From the NCBI GenBank assembly GCA_043228905.1, contig JBHGNT010000016.1:14570001-14634000 (forward strand): 64,000 bases of DNA, read 5' to 3'. The notes below the pieces were generated by a model. It searched no databases, was not told where the DNA came from, and saw nothing but the letters and a program-made list of their open reading frames with translations. The stretch's first letter is position 1, and the number at the start of each line of letters is the position of its first letter. Positions 13,249 to 24,278 of this stretch are shown here, one piece after another. A program made the position numbers and the translations under genes. Origin of the DNA: Azolla caroliniana. Its lineage: Eukaryota; Plantae; Polypodiophyta.

Positions 13249-15165
13249 TTGGACAGCCCTAGATCTGTGCAGCCCATTAGTGGTTCCATTCCCTCTAAGC
13301 AAGTTAGTGATGTGTTCGTAGCCCAAGTAATAGTTAGTACTAAAAGTACCCCTCCAATACATGTCCTAGCACTCCTAGATTCTGGAGCTAACTCTTGCTT
13401 TATGGATAAGAAATTTGCTCAAGCTCATAAGATATCCCTAAGAAAACTCCAGTGTCCAGCCTCTGTAGTAGTCATTGATGGATGTCCCATTGCTTCCGAA
13501 AATATCATAGAAGAGTCAGAGCTCATTAATATTGTCCTAGATAACTTAGCATGTGAATTTAATATTATTAGTATCCCAGAACATCCCATAGTTTTAGGAT
13601 TACCGTGGTTCGAGTTACATAACCCAGACATAGATTGGAGAACAAGAGAAATCCGGTGTCGACAAACCCAAGGGTCAACTCAGAAGATGGCAACCATTTC
13701 GCTACGTCAGTTGCGTAAAGAAGGGCACAAGGAGGAAATGTTCCTCTTTGCAATATCAGTAAACCCCTCCAACACCACTAAAGAAGAATGCAACGTTCAA
13801 CTTCCCGAGAAGTATCGTCATTACGCCGATGTGTTTGATAAAATACAAGCCAACACACTTCCTCATCATCGACCGTACGATTGCCCCATCGATTTACAAC
13901 TGGGAAAAGAGCCGCCATGGGGACCGATCTACAATTTGTCACCAACCGAGCTGGAAGTCCTTCGGGCCTATATAGAGGAGAATTTGGAAAATGGTTTCAT
14001 CCGGCATTCGAAATCTCCAGCGGGCGCACCCATTTTCTTCATCAAGAAAAAGGATGGATTGCTTCGTCTCGTTGTAGATTACCGTGGCCTGAATAAGGTT
14101 ACAATTAGGAATAGGTATGCTCTTCCCCTTATCTCACGTCTTTTAGAATGGATCAATGATGCCAGGTTCTTCACGAAGATTGACTTACGGGGAGCATATA
14201 ACCTCGTACGGATCCGACCACGAGACGAATGGAAGACCGCGTTTCGCACCAGATATGGGCACTTCGAGTATACGGTCATGCCGTTCGGCCTCACTAATGC
14301 ACCGGCAGTCTTCCAGCACATGGCTAATGATATATTCCGAGATCTTTTGGATGATTGTTTGATCATCTCTTTGGATGATCTACTGGTTTATTCAAAGACC
14401 CAAGAAGAACATGATTCTCATGTACTATTAGTACTAAAACGACTTCGAGAACATGGTCTGTATGCAAAGCTGGAAAAATGTAGTTTCAGATGCAACCAAG
14501 TGGAATTTCTCGGCTACATCATTTCGTCAGAAGGCATCTCCATGGACCCAGCTAAGGTCAAAACGGTGGTAGAATGGCAGACTCCGTGTTCGGTGCGGGA
14601 TGTGCAATGCTTCCTAGGCTTTGCCAATTTTTACCGGAAGTTCATACAAGATTACTCAAAGATCATTCTACCTCTCACACAACTTACCAGGAAGGGACAA
14701 CCATTCATCTGGTCTGAAGAAACGGATGTGGCTTTCGAGAGTCTTAAAAAGGCATTTACCTCGCCTCCAATTCTAGCTCATGTCGATCCGGAAAAACCAT
14801 TCATTATCGAAGCTGACGCATCGGATTTTGCATTGGGGAACATTCTATCACAACAGGGGAATGATGAGAAGCTACATCCTGTGCCTTTTCACTCACACAA
14901 GTTTGACGCCGCCGAAATCAACTACGAAATTCATGATAAGGAGCTATTGGCAATAGTGGATTCTTTTATGCAATGGAGGCATTTTCTGGAGGGATCCTCT
15001 CATCCGGTCACCGTATTTAGTGACCACAAGAACCTTGCCTACTTTCAGGATGCTCGTGTGTTGAATCGATGTCAAGCTCGGTGGGCCCACTTCCTCATGC
15101 GTTTTGACTTCAAAATTACATATCGTCCGGGGAAGCACCAAGGGAAGGCAGATGCATTATCACGG
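13249..15165 (+). pseudogene. pol: Chromovirus pol, part 1: aspartic protease, RT, RNase H (cut by the B insertion)
   Basis: LLDSGA; LRLVVDYRGLN; MPFGLTNAPAVFQ; catalytic motif reads SLDD (YLDD expected); ADASDFA, KELLAI, DHKNL, KADALSR. Confidence 0.95.
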
Positions 15166-15295
15166 TGTCACGTTGTTACGCGCGTGCGTGGAGAAAGGCG
15201 GGACCACGAGGGTCTTGGAAGAGAGAGTGATGGAGCGTAGGGAGTCGTGCTTCACTGTTTCTGGGGCATCCCAGAAACACACCGGAAGCAACCGA

Positions 15296-15341
<46 letters not shown>

Positions 15342-16167
15342 TTGTCGTGAAGAATTTCGGCCATAGGCGAAAACCGGGAAACATTGTCTACATCGGCGGG
15401 GTGCAGCGTGTGTACGCACCCATGTACATTTGGTGTGAATATCGAGGGCGCCTTTATGGCGCCGAAGAGTAGTCAAGTCGGGACAGATGATCCCATGAAA
15501 GTCGGGATTTGTCCCACATTGTAACGCGTCCCTCCCCTTGTTCTATAAAAGGGAGGGAACGCCCTTTGTAAAAGGGTTGCCCATTTTTGCATTTAGAGGG
15601 TATACCAGTAGGTTTAGGGTTAGGTTTCTTCTACTACTTCTTCTTTCCCTTCGTGTTCGCTTAGGGTTTGCTTCAGCTCATCTCCTGCGCAAGACCCCGC
15701 TCGGCGCGACGAGCCCGTGAGCTCCCCGATGGTGGCTTGGCAGCAGACGACTACTGTAACCTACTTCAGCCTGGCTCGAAGCCGGGAGTGTATTCTCCTT
15801 ATATATATATACATATACGTTTGCGTCTGTCTGCGTATATTGGTGTCTTGTTGGTGTCGGGTAATCCACTCCTTCCCTGCGTTTCCTGTACATAAGGGCG
15901 TGAGTCGGGTCGGGCTGTGTGTGCGTGTGCGTGCGTGGGTGAGCGTGAGTCGGTGTTAAGCATGCTCACTCTCTCTCACTCTCTCTCACTCTCTCTCCCT
16001 TCGGTTGCTTCCGGTGTGTTTCTGAGATGCCCCAGAGGCCGTGAAGCACGACTTCCTACGCTCCGTCGCTCCCTAGTCCAAGACCCCCATGGTCTCGCCT
16101 TTCTCCACGCACGCGCGTAACAACGCGACATATTTGGTGAACCCGACGTGAAAGGCGGCAAGGGAGG

Positions 16168-17103
16168 ATGGAGTTGGAAGACGACGACCTTGCGGAGATG
16201 GTGGCCGAAGTGGTGTTGGAGTCGGCACGAGTGGTGATGAGGCGAGAAGCAGCGCAACAAGCGGTTGGGCGAGTGGTCGAAAGAGTCGGCCGTTTCAACG
16301 GGGACAAAGGCCCATCTTACTTGGAAGCCTACAACGCGGAAATGGAGGAGCGTGGCGTAGACTAGGCGTTGAGGCTGGAGTTCTTCTGCCGGGTCATAGC
16401 TGTCCGGATGCATGCGGAAGTAAAGGAGCTCCGTGAGGCTCATAGTTCGTGGGAGGCCTTCGAAGAGGCGCTCCTGAAAGCATACGGAGGATGGCGGAAG
16501 AGCCGGGGATGGCACCACTTCGACCAGTGGGTAGCATCGGCAAAGACTCACCGGGGTGCAACGAAGGCGTTCCGGGAGTTCGAGCGATGACTTGCTCAGC
16601 TCCCAGAGCGGGAACAAGGTTTGGTGGGGGCGGACAAAGTCCTTTTGTTCGTCAGGTCGATCAACCGAGCGGAACAGGAAGCCATCGGGATTGAGCTCGA
16701 AGACGATGATGGAGCGAATGGGCTTACGGAGGACTGGTCGAAGGTCGGAAAGGTGTGCCAAAGGCTAGACAAAGAGCGAGCCGAGAAGGCCAAGAGGAAG
16801 GTACGCGACGGCGTGCCATCACAGCGGGAAGAGGCCAAACGGCAAAGAGAGTCGGCAAGGGTCGGCGTTGGGGCCAGGATTGCGGAGGCGTACACAGCGC
16901 TCAAAGCGATGCTCGAGGAAGAGGGAGGATCGAGGCCAGAAGCCGAGACCAAGGAGACGGACCTGCCCCACGCGACGACGGAAGATTGGTACGACGGTAC
17001 CACGGGAGAGGGTGCGGAACGAAACGCCCTCTCGACTTGCCGAAATAGAACGGCCAAGGACGAGGCTGAGATACCGATCGCGGAACCGGAACGTTGGGAC
17101 TAG
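16168..17103 (+). pseudogene. Gag-like ORF of A (with stop and frameshift)
   Basis: GRFNGDKGPSYLEAYNAEMEERGVD*ALRLEFFCRV...SWEAFEEALLKAYG resembles a retrotransposon capsid N-terminal region; homologous text in D (9738) and B. Confidence 0.6.
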
Positions 17104-17875
17104 CGGTTTCGGGCGTGTCAGCCGGAGATCTCGGTCATTGGAGAAGCAAGCCCAGACGGGGCTTGCGTGATCGGTAAGAAGACGACCGCCGACCACGGAG
17201 AGCCGGTGGCTACGGACAAGGGCGAAGAACGGACAGGCGATTCTTTGTGTCTTCCCACACTTACTCCCGAGACGATGGCAGTCGGGCCCGAGTGCCCACG
17301 TAAGTCCCAAGCGGAGGAAGGCGGTGGCGATAGACCAAGAATCACCGGCGAGACGATACGAGGAAGGAGCGGACGAAAGCCCACGGACCCGATTCCGGAG
17401 AAATCGGCAATTTGGCCCGTATGCCCGTGTAAGACCGAAGAGATGGATAACAATACCGAGGAGTCCTGGCACGATGCCAGCGAAGACGGATGGGAAGAGG
17501 CCTGCGAGGAGGTCGAGGACGGACACGGCACGAGAGGATCAGCATTCCGATACGGGTGGAGCGTAATCCGGTCGTGGATCGTTCGATCGGGGCCGGAGTC
17601 GACATGAAAATGCCGATACGGAAGGGGGTGCGGGACGAGCTGCCCTCTTTTACATGGGGAGAAAGACCGACCGGGCGAAGGTCGAGATTACGGACGAGAA
17701 CTGGGTGGAGCGGACTCCCGGATAACCATTCCAGGAGGGAGGAAGAGAACAGGCGTACGAAGAGGCCGAGGACACGGTACATCGGTACCACGGGAGAGGG
17801 TGCGGAGTAAACCGCCCTCTCGGCATGAGGAAAAGGACGACCCAGGAGAGGGTCGGGAAGAGAAATCGGGGAGGC

Positions 17876-18235
17876 CTACGGAGGATCCTTCACACCGGTT
17901 CTAGAGACTTCGACAGTCAGCAACGCGGTCGACGTAAGACCAAGATACTGACGGTGGCGGCGAGGTGACGAAGGCAAGGGCTACGGAAGGGAGGTCTACG
18001 GAGGATCCTTCACACCGGTTCTAGAGACTTCGGCAATCGGCAACGCGGTCGACGTAAGACCAAGATACTGACGGTGGCGGCGAGGTGACGAAGGCAAGGG
18101 CTACGGAAGGGCGGTCTACGGAGGATCCTTCACACCGGTTCTAGAGACTTCGGCAGTCGGCAATGCGGTCGACGTAAGACCAAGATACTGACGGTGGTGG
18201 CGAGGTGACAAAAACAATGGGCATAAGGAAGTCCG
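17876..18235 (+). repeat. Three tandem 120-bp units in A
   Basis: CTACGGAGGATCCTTCACACCGGTTCTAGAGACTTCG... starts at 17876, 17996 and 18116. Confidence 0.95.
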
Positions 18236-21200
18236 GTCCTACGGGATCCCCACACTGAACCGGAGACTCCAGCAGTTTGACCAACGTGGCAACATGAGAC
18301 CGAGAGAGAAGGTTGGTGACGGCGGGAAACGGGACCCGGCTATGCGGAAGGCACAAGGAGAGTCCGGGAGGGACTCAAACAAAAGACACCCGACTTTCGG
18401 CAAGCATAGAAACGGAGTCGGGTCCTATGGGACCCTCACATTGATCCGGAGACTTCGGTAGTTCGGCCAACGTGGCAACGTGAGACCGAGGGAGAAGGAC
18501 GGTGGCGGCAGGGAACGGGACCCGACAACACGAGGTTCGGAAGGAGCCGGTGGGGGCAAACACGGAGAGGTGTGTCGGGCCGGAAAGGCACACCTAGAAC
18601 AGAACAAGATTCTCGCAAATGGCCATCGCGGGCCGGATCAAAGTGTGACTACGGGACGATGTTCGGCGCAGGCGGGGCCGAACGAAGGAAGTGGAAGACG
18701 GCACAAGGGAGGTGCCGGGAACAAGGTGACAAGTGCCTAGTGGACTGCACAGGGTCGAAGTCAGGATGGCAAGAGAGGCCGGAGGAGGATCCTCCACACT
18801 CGCTTCGTAGATCTCGGTAGCTCCGTCGAAATAACGAAGACTGACACGGCAAGCCGGGGTGACATGCTGGTGGGGGCGAGGGGACGACGGCAAGCGGAAG
18901 ACTCAGGACCTGTTGTAGTAGCACGAAGGCGGGAAGGGCCAAGCGGGCTACTACGGGGTGTTCCTCGGATGCAAAGGACACCGGTATGCACGATCTGGCC
19001 GGAAAGGGGCCGACGAGGCGTGCAATAAACCGGAGTGCGACATAGGCAGTGCCAAACAACGGGCGAGAGTACATGGCACACGGAGGTGCCGAAGCGGAAA
19101 GGCGAGCACGGAGAACGTCGGAAAGGGATCCTCCACACCGTTCCGGAGACCATGGCGGTTCGAGCCGGCGCGGCGATGTAAGACCATGGAGAAGGAAGGT
19201 GGCGGCGGAAGGACGAAGGCGACGCGAAACACCATCGGGACATCACGATTCGACAACGGAGGCCAAGCGGGCTGCCACGGGCATTCCTCTAGCGGAGGAC
19301 ATCGGGCATACGGCGGGAAGCGGGGCGTTCCTACGGCCGAACAAGGGCGAACGGAAGAGCGCTTGCTACGGATATCGCGGCAGAGGACCCATCGACGGGT
19401 CGAACGAGCCTACGGGAAGGCGAGCGTGAAGGAAGACTCAAAGCCACCGGATCAAAACAGCAGCGAGCCGAGATGCGGATCATGGGAGACCGGTTTCTCG
19501 CCGGCCGAAATCTCTCACCATTCAGCCAGATTTGGCACGTACCGGTGGACGTGCAGTTAGGTGGGGGCGGATGTCGAGAAGAATTTCGGCCATAGGCAAA
19601 AACTGGGAAACATTGTCTACATCGGCGGGGTGCAACGTGTGTACGCACCCATGTACATTTGGTGTGAATATCGAGGGCACCTTTATGGCGCGAAGAGTAG
19701 TAAAGTCAGGACAAACGATCCCATGAAAGTCGGGATTTGTCCCACATTGTAACGCGTCCCTCCCCTTGTTCTATAAAAGGGAGGGAACGCCCTTTGTAAA
19801 AGGGTTGCCCATTTTTGCATTTAGAGGGTATACCGGTAGGTTTAGGGTTAGGTTTCTTCTACTTCTTCTTCTTTCCCTTCGTGTTCGCTTAGGGTTTGCT
19901 TTAGCTCATCTCCTACGCAAGACCCCGCTCGGCGCGACGAGCCCGTGAGCTCCCCGATGGCGGCTTGGCAGCAGATGACTACTGTAACCTACCTCAGCTT
20001 GGCTCGAAGCCGGGAGTGTATTCTCCTTATATATATATACATATACGTTTGCGTTTGTCTGTGTATATTGGCGTCTTGTTGGTGTCGGGTGCTCCACTCC
20101 TTCCTTGTGTTTCCTGTACATAAGGGCGTGAGTCGGGTCGGGCTGTGTGTGCGTGTGTGTGCGTGGGTGAGCGTGAGTCGGTGTTAAGCACGCTCTCTCT
20201 CTCTCACTCTCTCTCCCTTTGGTTGCTTCCGGTGTGTTTCTGAGATGCCCCAGAGGCCGTGAAGCACGACTTCCTACGCTCCGTCGCTCCCTAGTCCAAG
20301 ACCCCCGTGGTCCCGCCTTTCTCCATGCACGCGCGTAACAACGCGACAACGTTCTTAACACCGACTCACGCACACACACACACACGCACACGCAGCTGAA
20401 CCCGACTCATGCCTTATGTGCAGAAAACGCAGGAGAGGATAAGCACCCGACGCCAACAACGACGCGAATATACACTGAAAAACATAAACGTATATGTATG
20501 TATATATATGAAGAATACATTCCCGGCTTCGAGCCGGACTGAGGTAGGTTACAGTAGTCGTCTACTGCCAAGCCACTGTCGGGGAGCTCATGGGCTCGTC
20601 GCGCCGAGCGGGGTCTTGCGCAGGAGATGAGCTGCAACAAACCCTAAACGAATACGCAGGAAATGAGCTGTAGCCCGCTTGGCCCTTCCCGTCTTCGTGC
20701 TGCTGCAATAGGTCCTGAGTCTTCCGCTTGCCGTCGTCCCCTCGCCCCCACCAGCTGCTCATCCCGGCTTGCCGTATTAGTCTTCGTTACTTCGACGAAG
20801 CTACCAGGATCTACGAAGCGAGTGTGGAGGATCCTCCTTCGGCCTCTCTTGCCATCCCCTGACTCCGACCCTGTGCAGTCCACTAGGCACTTGTCATGTC
20901 GTTCCCGGCACCTCCCTTGTGCCGTCTTCCGCTTCCTTTGTTCGGCACCACCCGTGCCGAACACCGTCCCATAGTCACGCTTCGATCCGGCCCGCGATGG
21001 CCACTTGCGAGACTCTTGTTCTGTCCAAAGTGTGCCTTTCCGGCCTGACACACCTCTCCGTGTTTGCCCTTACCGGCTCCTTCCGAAACCTCGTGTCGTC
21101 GGATCCCGTTCCCTGCCGCCACCGTCCTTCTCCCTCGGTCTCACGTTGCCACGTTGGCCGAACTGCCGGAGTCTCCGGAACCGGTGTGAGGGTCCCATAG

Positions 21201-24200
21201 GACTGGACTCCGTTTCTATGCTTGCCGAAACTAGGGTGTCTTTTGTTTGAGTCCCTCCCGGACTCTCCTTGTGTCTTCCGCGTAGCCGGGTCCCGTTTCC
21301 CGCCGCCACCAACCTTCTCTCTCGGTGTCATGTTGCCACATTGGCCGAACTGCCGGAGTTTGGTTAACTGTGGGGATCCCGTAGGACCGGACTTCCTTAC
21401 ACCCATTGTGTTCGTTACCTCGCCGCCACCGTCAGGATCTTGGTCTTACGTCGGCCACGTTGCCGACTGCCGAAGTCTCTAGAACCGGTGTGAAGGATCC
21501 TCCGTAGACCTTCCATCCGTAGCCCTTGCCTTCGTCACCTCGCCGCCACCGTCAGTATCTTGGTCTTACGTCGGCTGCGTTGCCGACCGCCGAAGTCTCT
21601 AGAACCGGTGTGAAGGATCCTCTGCAGGCCGCCTCGCCTTCTTGACCCTGTCTCGGGTCGTCCTTTTTCGCATTGCCGACGTACCGTGTCCTCGGCCTCT
21701 TCGTAGGCCTGCTCTCTTCCTCCCTCCCGGAATGGTCACCCGGGAGTCCGCTCCGCCACCGATCTCTCTTGTAGGACTCACGCCAGCACTCGGGCCTACA
21801 GCCGGATCGGTGTAAGCAATCCCATAGGACCGGCTTTCATTCTCGTTCTTAACCTCGACCTTCGCCCGGTCCGTCTTTCTCCCCATGTAAAAGAGGGCGG
21901 CTCGTCCCGCACCCCCTCCCGTATCGGCACCTTTATGCCGAGTCCGGCCACGATCGAACGGCCCACGACCGGATCACGCTCCACCCGTATCGGAATGCCG
22001 ATCTCCACGTGTCGTGTCCATCCTCAGCCTTCCCGCAGGTCGTCTCCCATCCGTCTTCGCTGGCATTGTGCCAGGACTCCTCGGTACCGCCATCCATCTC
22101 CTCGGTCTTATATGGGCATACGGGCCCGAATGCCGAGTTCTCCGGAATTGGGTCCGTGGGCTTTTGTCCGCTCCTTCCCCGTATCGTCTCGCCGATGATT
22201 CTTGGCCTTTCGCCGCTGCCTTCCTCCGCTTGGGACTCACGTGGGCACTCGGGCCTGACCGCCATCGTCTCGGGAGTAAGTGTGGGAAGACACAAAGAAT
22301 CGCCTGTCCGTTTTACGCCCCTGTCCGTAGCCACTAGCTCTCCGTGGTCGGCGGTCGTCTTCTTACCGACCGCGCAAGCCCCGTCTGGGCTTGTTTCTCC
22401 AATGATCGGGATCTCGGGCTGACACGCCCGAAACCGCTGGTCCCAACGTTCCGGTTCCGCGATCGGTATCTCGGCCTCGTCCTTGGCCATTCTATCTCCA
22501 CAAATCGAGAGGGCGTTTTCTTCCGCACCCTCTCCCGTGGTACCGTGATACCGATCTTCCGCCGTCGCGTGGGGCAAGTCCGTCTCCTTGGTCTCGGCTT
22601 CCGGCCTTGATCTTCCCTCTTCCTCGAGCATCGCTTTGAGAGCTGCGTACGCCTCCGCAATCCTGGCCCCAACGCCGATCCTTGCCAACTCCCTTTTCCG
22701 TTCGGCCTCTTCCTGCTATTATGGCACGCCATCGCGTACCTTCCTCTTAGCCTTCTCGGCTCGCTCGTTGTCTAGCCGTTGGCACACCCTTCCGACCTTC
22801 GCCCAGTCCTCCGTAAGCCTTCAAGAGCGCCTCTTCGAAGGCCTCCCACGAACTATGAGCCTCACGGAGCTCCTTCACTTCCGCATGCTTCCGGACAGCT
22901 ACGACCCGACGGAAGAACTCTAGCCTCAACGCCTCGTCTATGCCACGATCCTCCATTTCCGCGTTGTAGGCTTCTAGGTAAGATGGGACTTTGTTCCGCT
23001 GAAACGGCCGACTCTTTCGACCACTCGCTCAACCGCTTGTTGCGCTGCTTCTCGCCTCATCACCACTCGTGCCGACTCCAACACCACTTCGGCCACCATC
23101 TCCGCAAGGTCGTCGTCTTCCGACTCCATCCTCCCTTGCCGCGTTTCACGTCGGGTTCACCAAATATGTTGCGTTGTTATGCGCGTGCGTGGAGAAAGGC
23201 GGGACCACGCGGGTCTTGGACAAGAGAGTGATGGAGCGTAGGGAGTCGTGCTTCACTGTTTCTGGGGCATCCCAGAAACACACCGGAAGCAACCGAAGGG
23301 GGAGAGAGAGAGAGAGAGAGAGAGCGTGCTTAACACCGACTCACGCACACACACACACACGCACGCACATGCAGCTCAACCCGACTCACGCCTTATGTAC
23401 AGAAAACGCAGGAGAGGGTAAGCACTCGACGCCAACAACGACGCGAATATATACAGACAAACATAAACGTATATGTATGTATATATATGAAGAATACATT
23501 CCCGGCTTCGAGCCGGACTGAGGTAGGTTACAGTAGTCGTCTGCTGCCAAGCCGCCGTTGGGGAGCTCACGGGCTCGTCGAGCCGAGCGGGGTCTTGCGC
23601 AGGAGATGAGCTGCAGCAAACCCTAAACGAATACGAAGGAGAAGAAGCTAACCCTAAACCTAACGGTATACCCTCTAATGCAAAATGGGCAACCCTTCCA
23701 CAAAGGGCGATCCCTTCCTTTTATAGAACAAGGAGAGGGATGCGTTACAATGTGGGACAAATTGTTACCCGGACCCGGACAGTCAGTTTTACCGAACAAG
23801 TGGGAAAGCGTCGAAAACGGAGTCGGTTCAGATCGACTGTTCGGATCAATGACTCAGCAGTGAACAAAGAGAACTAAGTTAGTTAGATAATTTTGTAATT
23901 CTTGATAGTAAGTAGGAATAGTTCTTGATGAGAAAAGACCTTCGGTATACCTATAAAAGGGAACCGAAGGCATTGTAAGAAAGGTCGTTTTATTTAGTAA
24001 TATAAGTTTAAGTTAGGAATATCCTGTACGGATTCTGTGTTCTTTCTATTGTCTATGTTGTTAAGTGCAAGCTTCCTAATTTATAACTAAGTAACGATCA
24101 CGGTAATTACCGATTAATATAGTATAATTCCGTTCGTAAAACACAATTCCTTGTTAGAACGTTGAGTAGCAACGTTCACTCTTCTGTATCGGTAGTAGTT

Positions 24201-24230
24201 AGTAATTAGCCGATTAACACAAAAGAATTT

Positions 24231-24243
24231 TGGCACGCCCGGT
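24231..24243 (+). promoter_or_regulatory. PBS complementary to tRNA-Arg (probably the TCT isoacceptor), element C
   Basis: TGGCACGCCCGGT matches the recalled tRNA-Arg 3' end (...CCCACCGGGCGTG-CCA); lies 11 nt after the LTR. Confidence 0.7.
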
Positions 24244-24278
24244 TACATCTGCAATTAAGCAGAGAACAAATCGAATGG

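Larger units (their letters stand above)
15343..20348 (+). mobile_element. Element A: complete 5-kb non-autonomous LTR element (LTRs 15343-16130 and 19572-20348)
   Basis: TSD ACGT (15339-15342 and 20349-20352); Trp PBS 16135-16152; PPT AGGTGGGGGCGGA; highly similar LTRs; only gag-like coding remnants. Confidence 0.95.

Noticed and set aside
15475-15520. Hammerhead ribozyme or retrozyme in the A/B LTR (CAGATGA...GAAA within a hairpin; 4-bp TSD family)
   Set aside because: The core is not CTGANGA, there is no room for stem II, and other copies read CAAACGA or CAGACGA; it is only a simple hairpin
17876-18500. CRISPR-like repeat/spacer array
   Set aside because: Units are 90-120 bp, spacers are irregular or themselves repeated, there are no cas genes, and the context is a eukaryotic TE
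16400-23300. Many overlapping 100-260 aa ORFs on both strands (also at 32600-35600)
   Set aside because: GC-rich repetitive TE interior with few stops; frames are not conserved between A, B and D apart from the gag-like start
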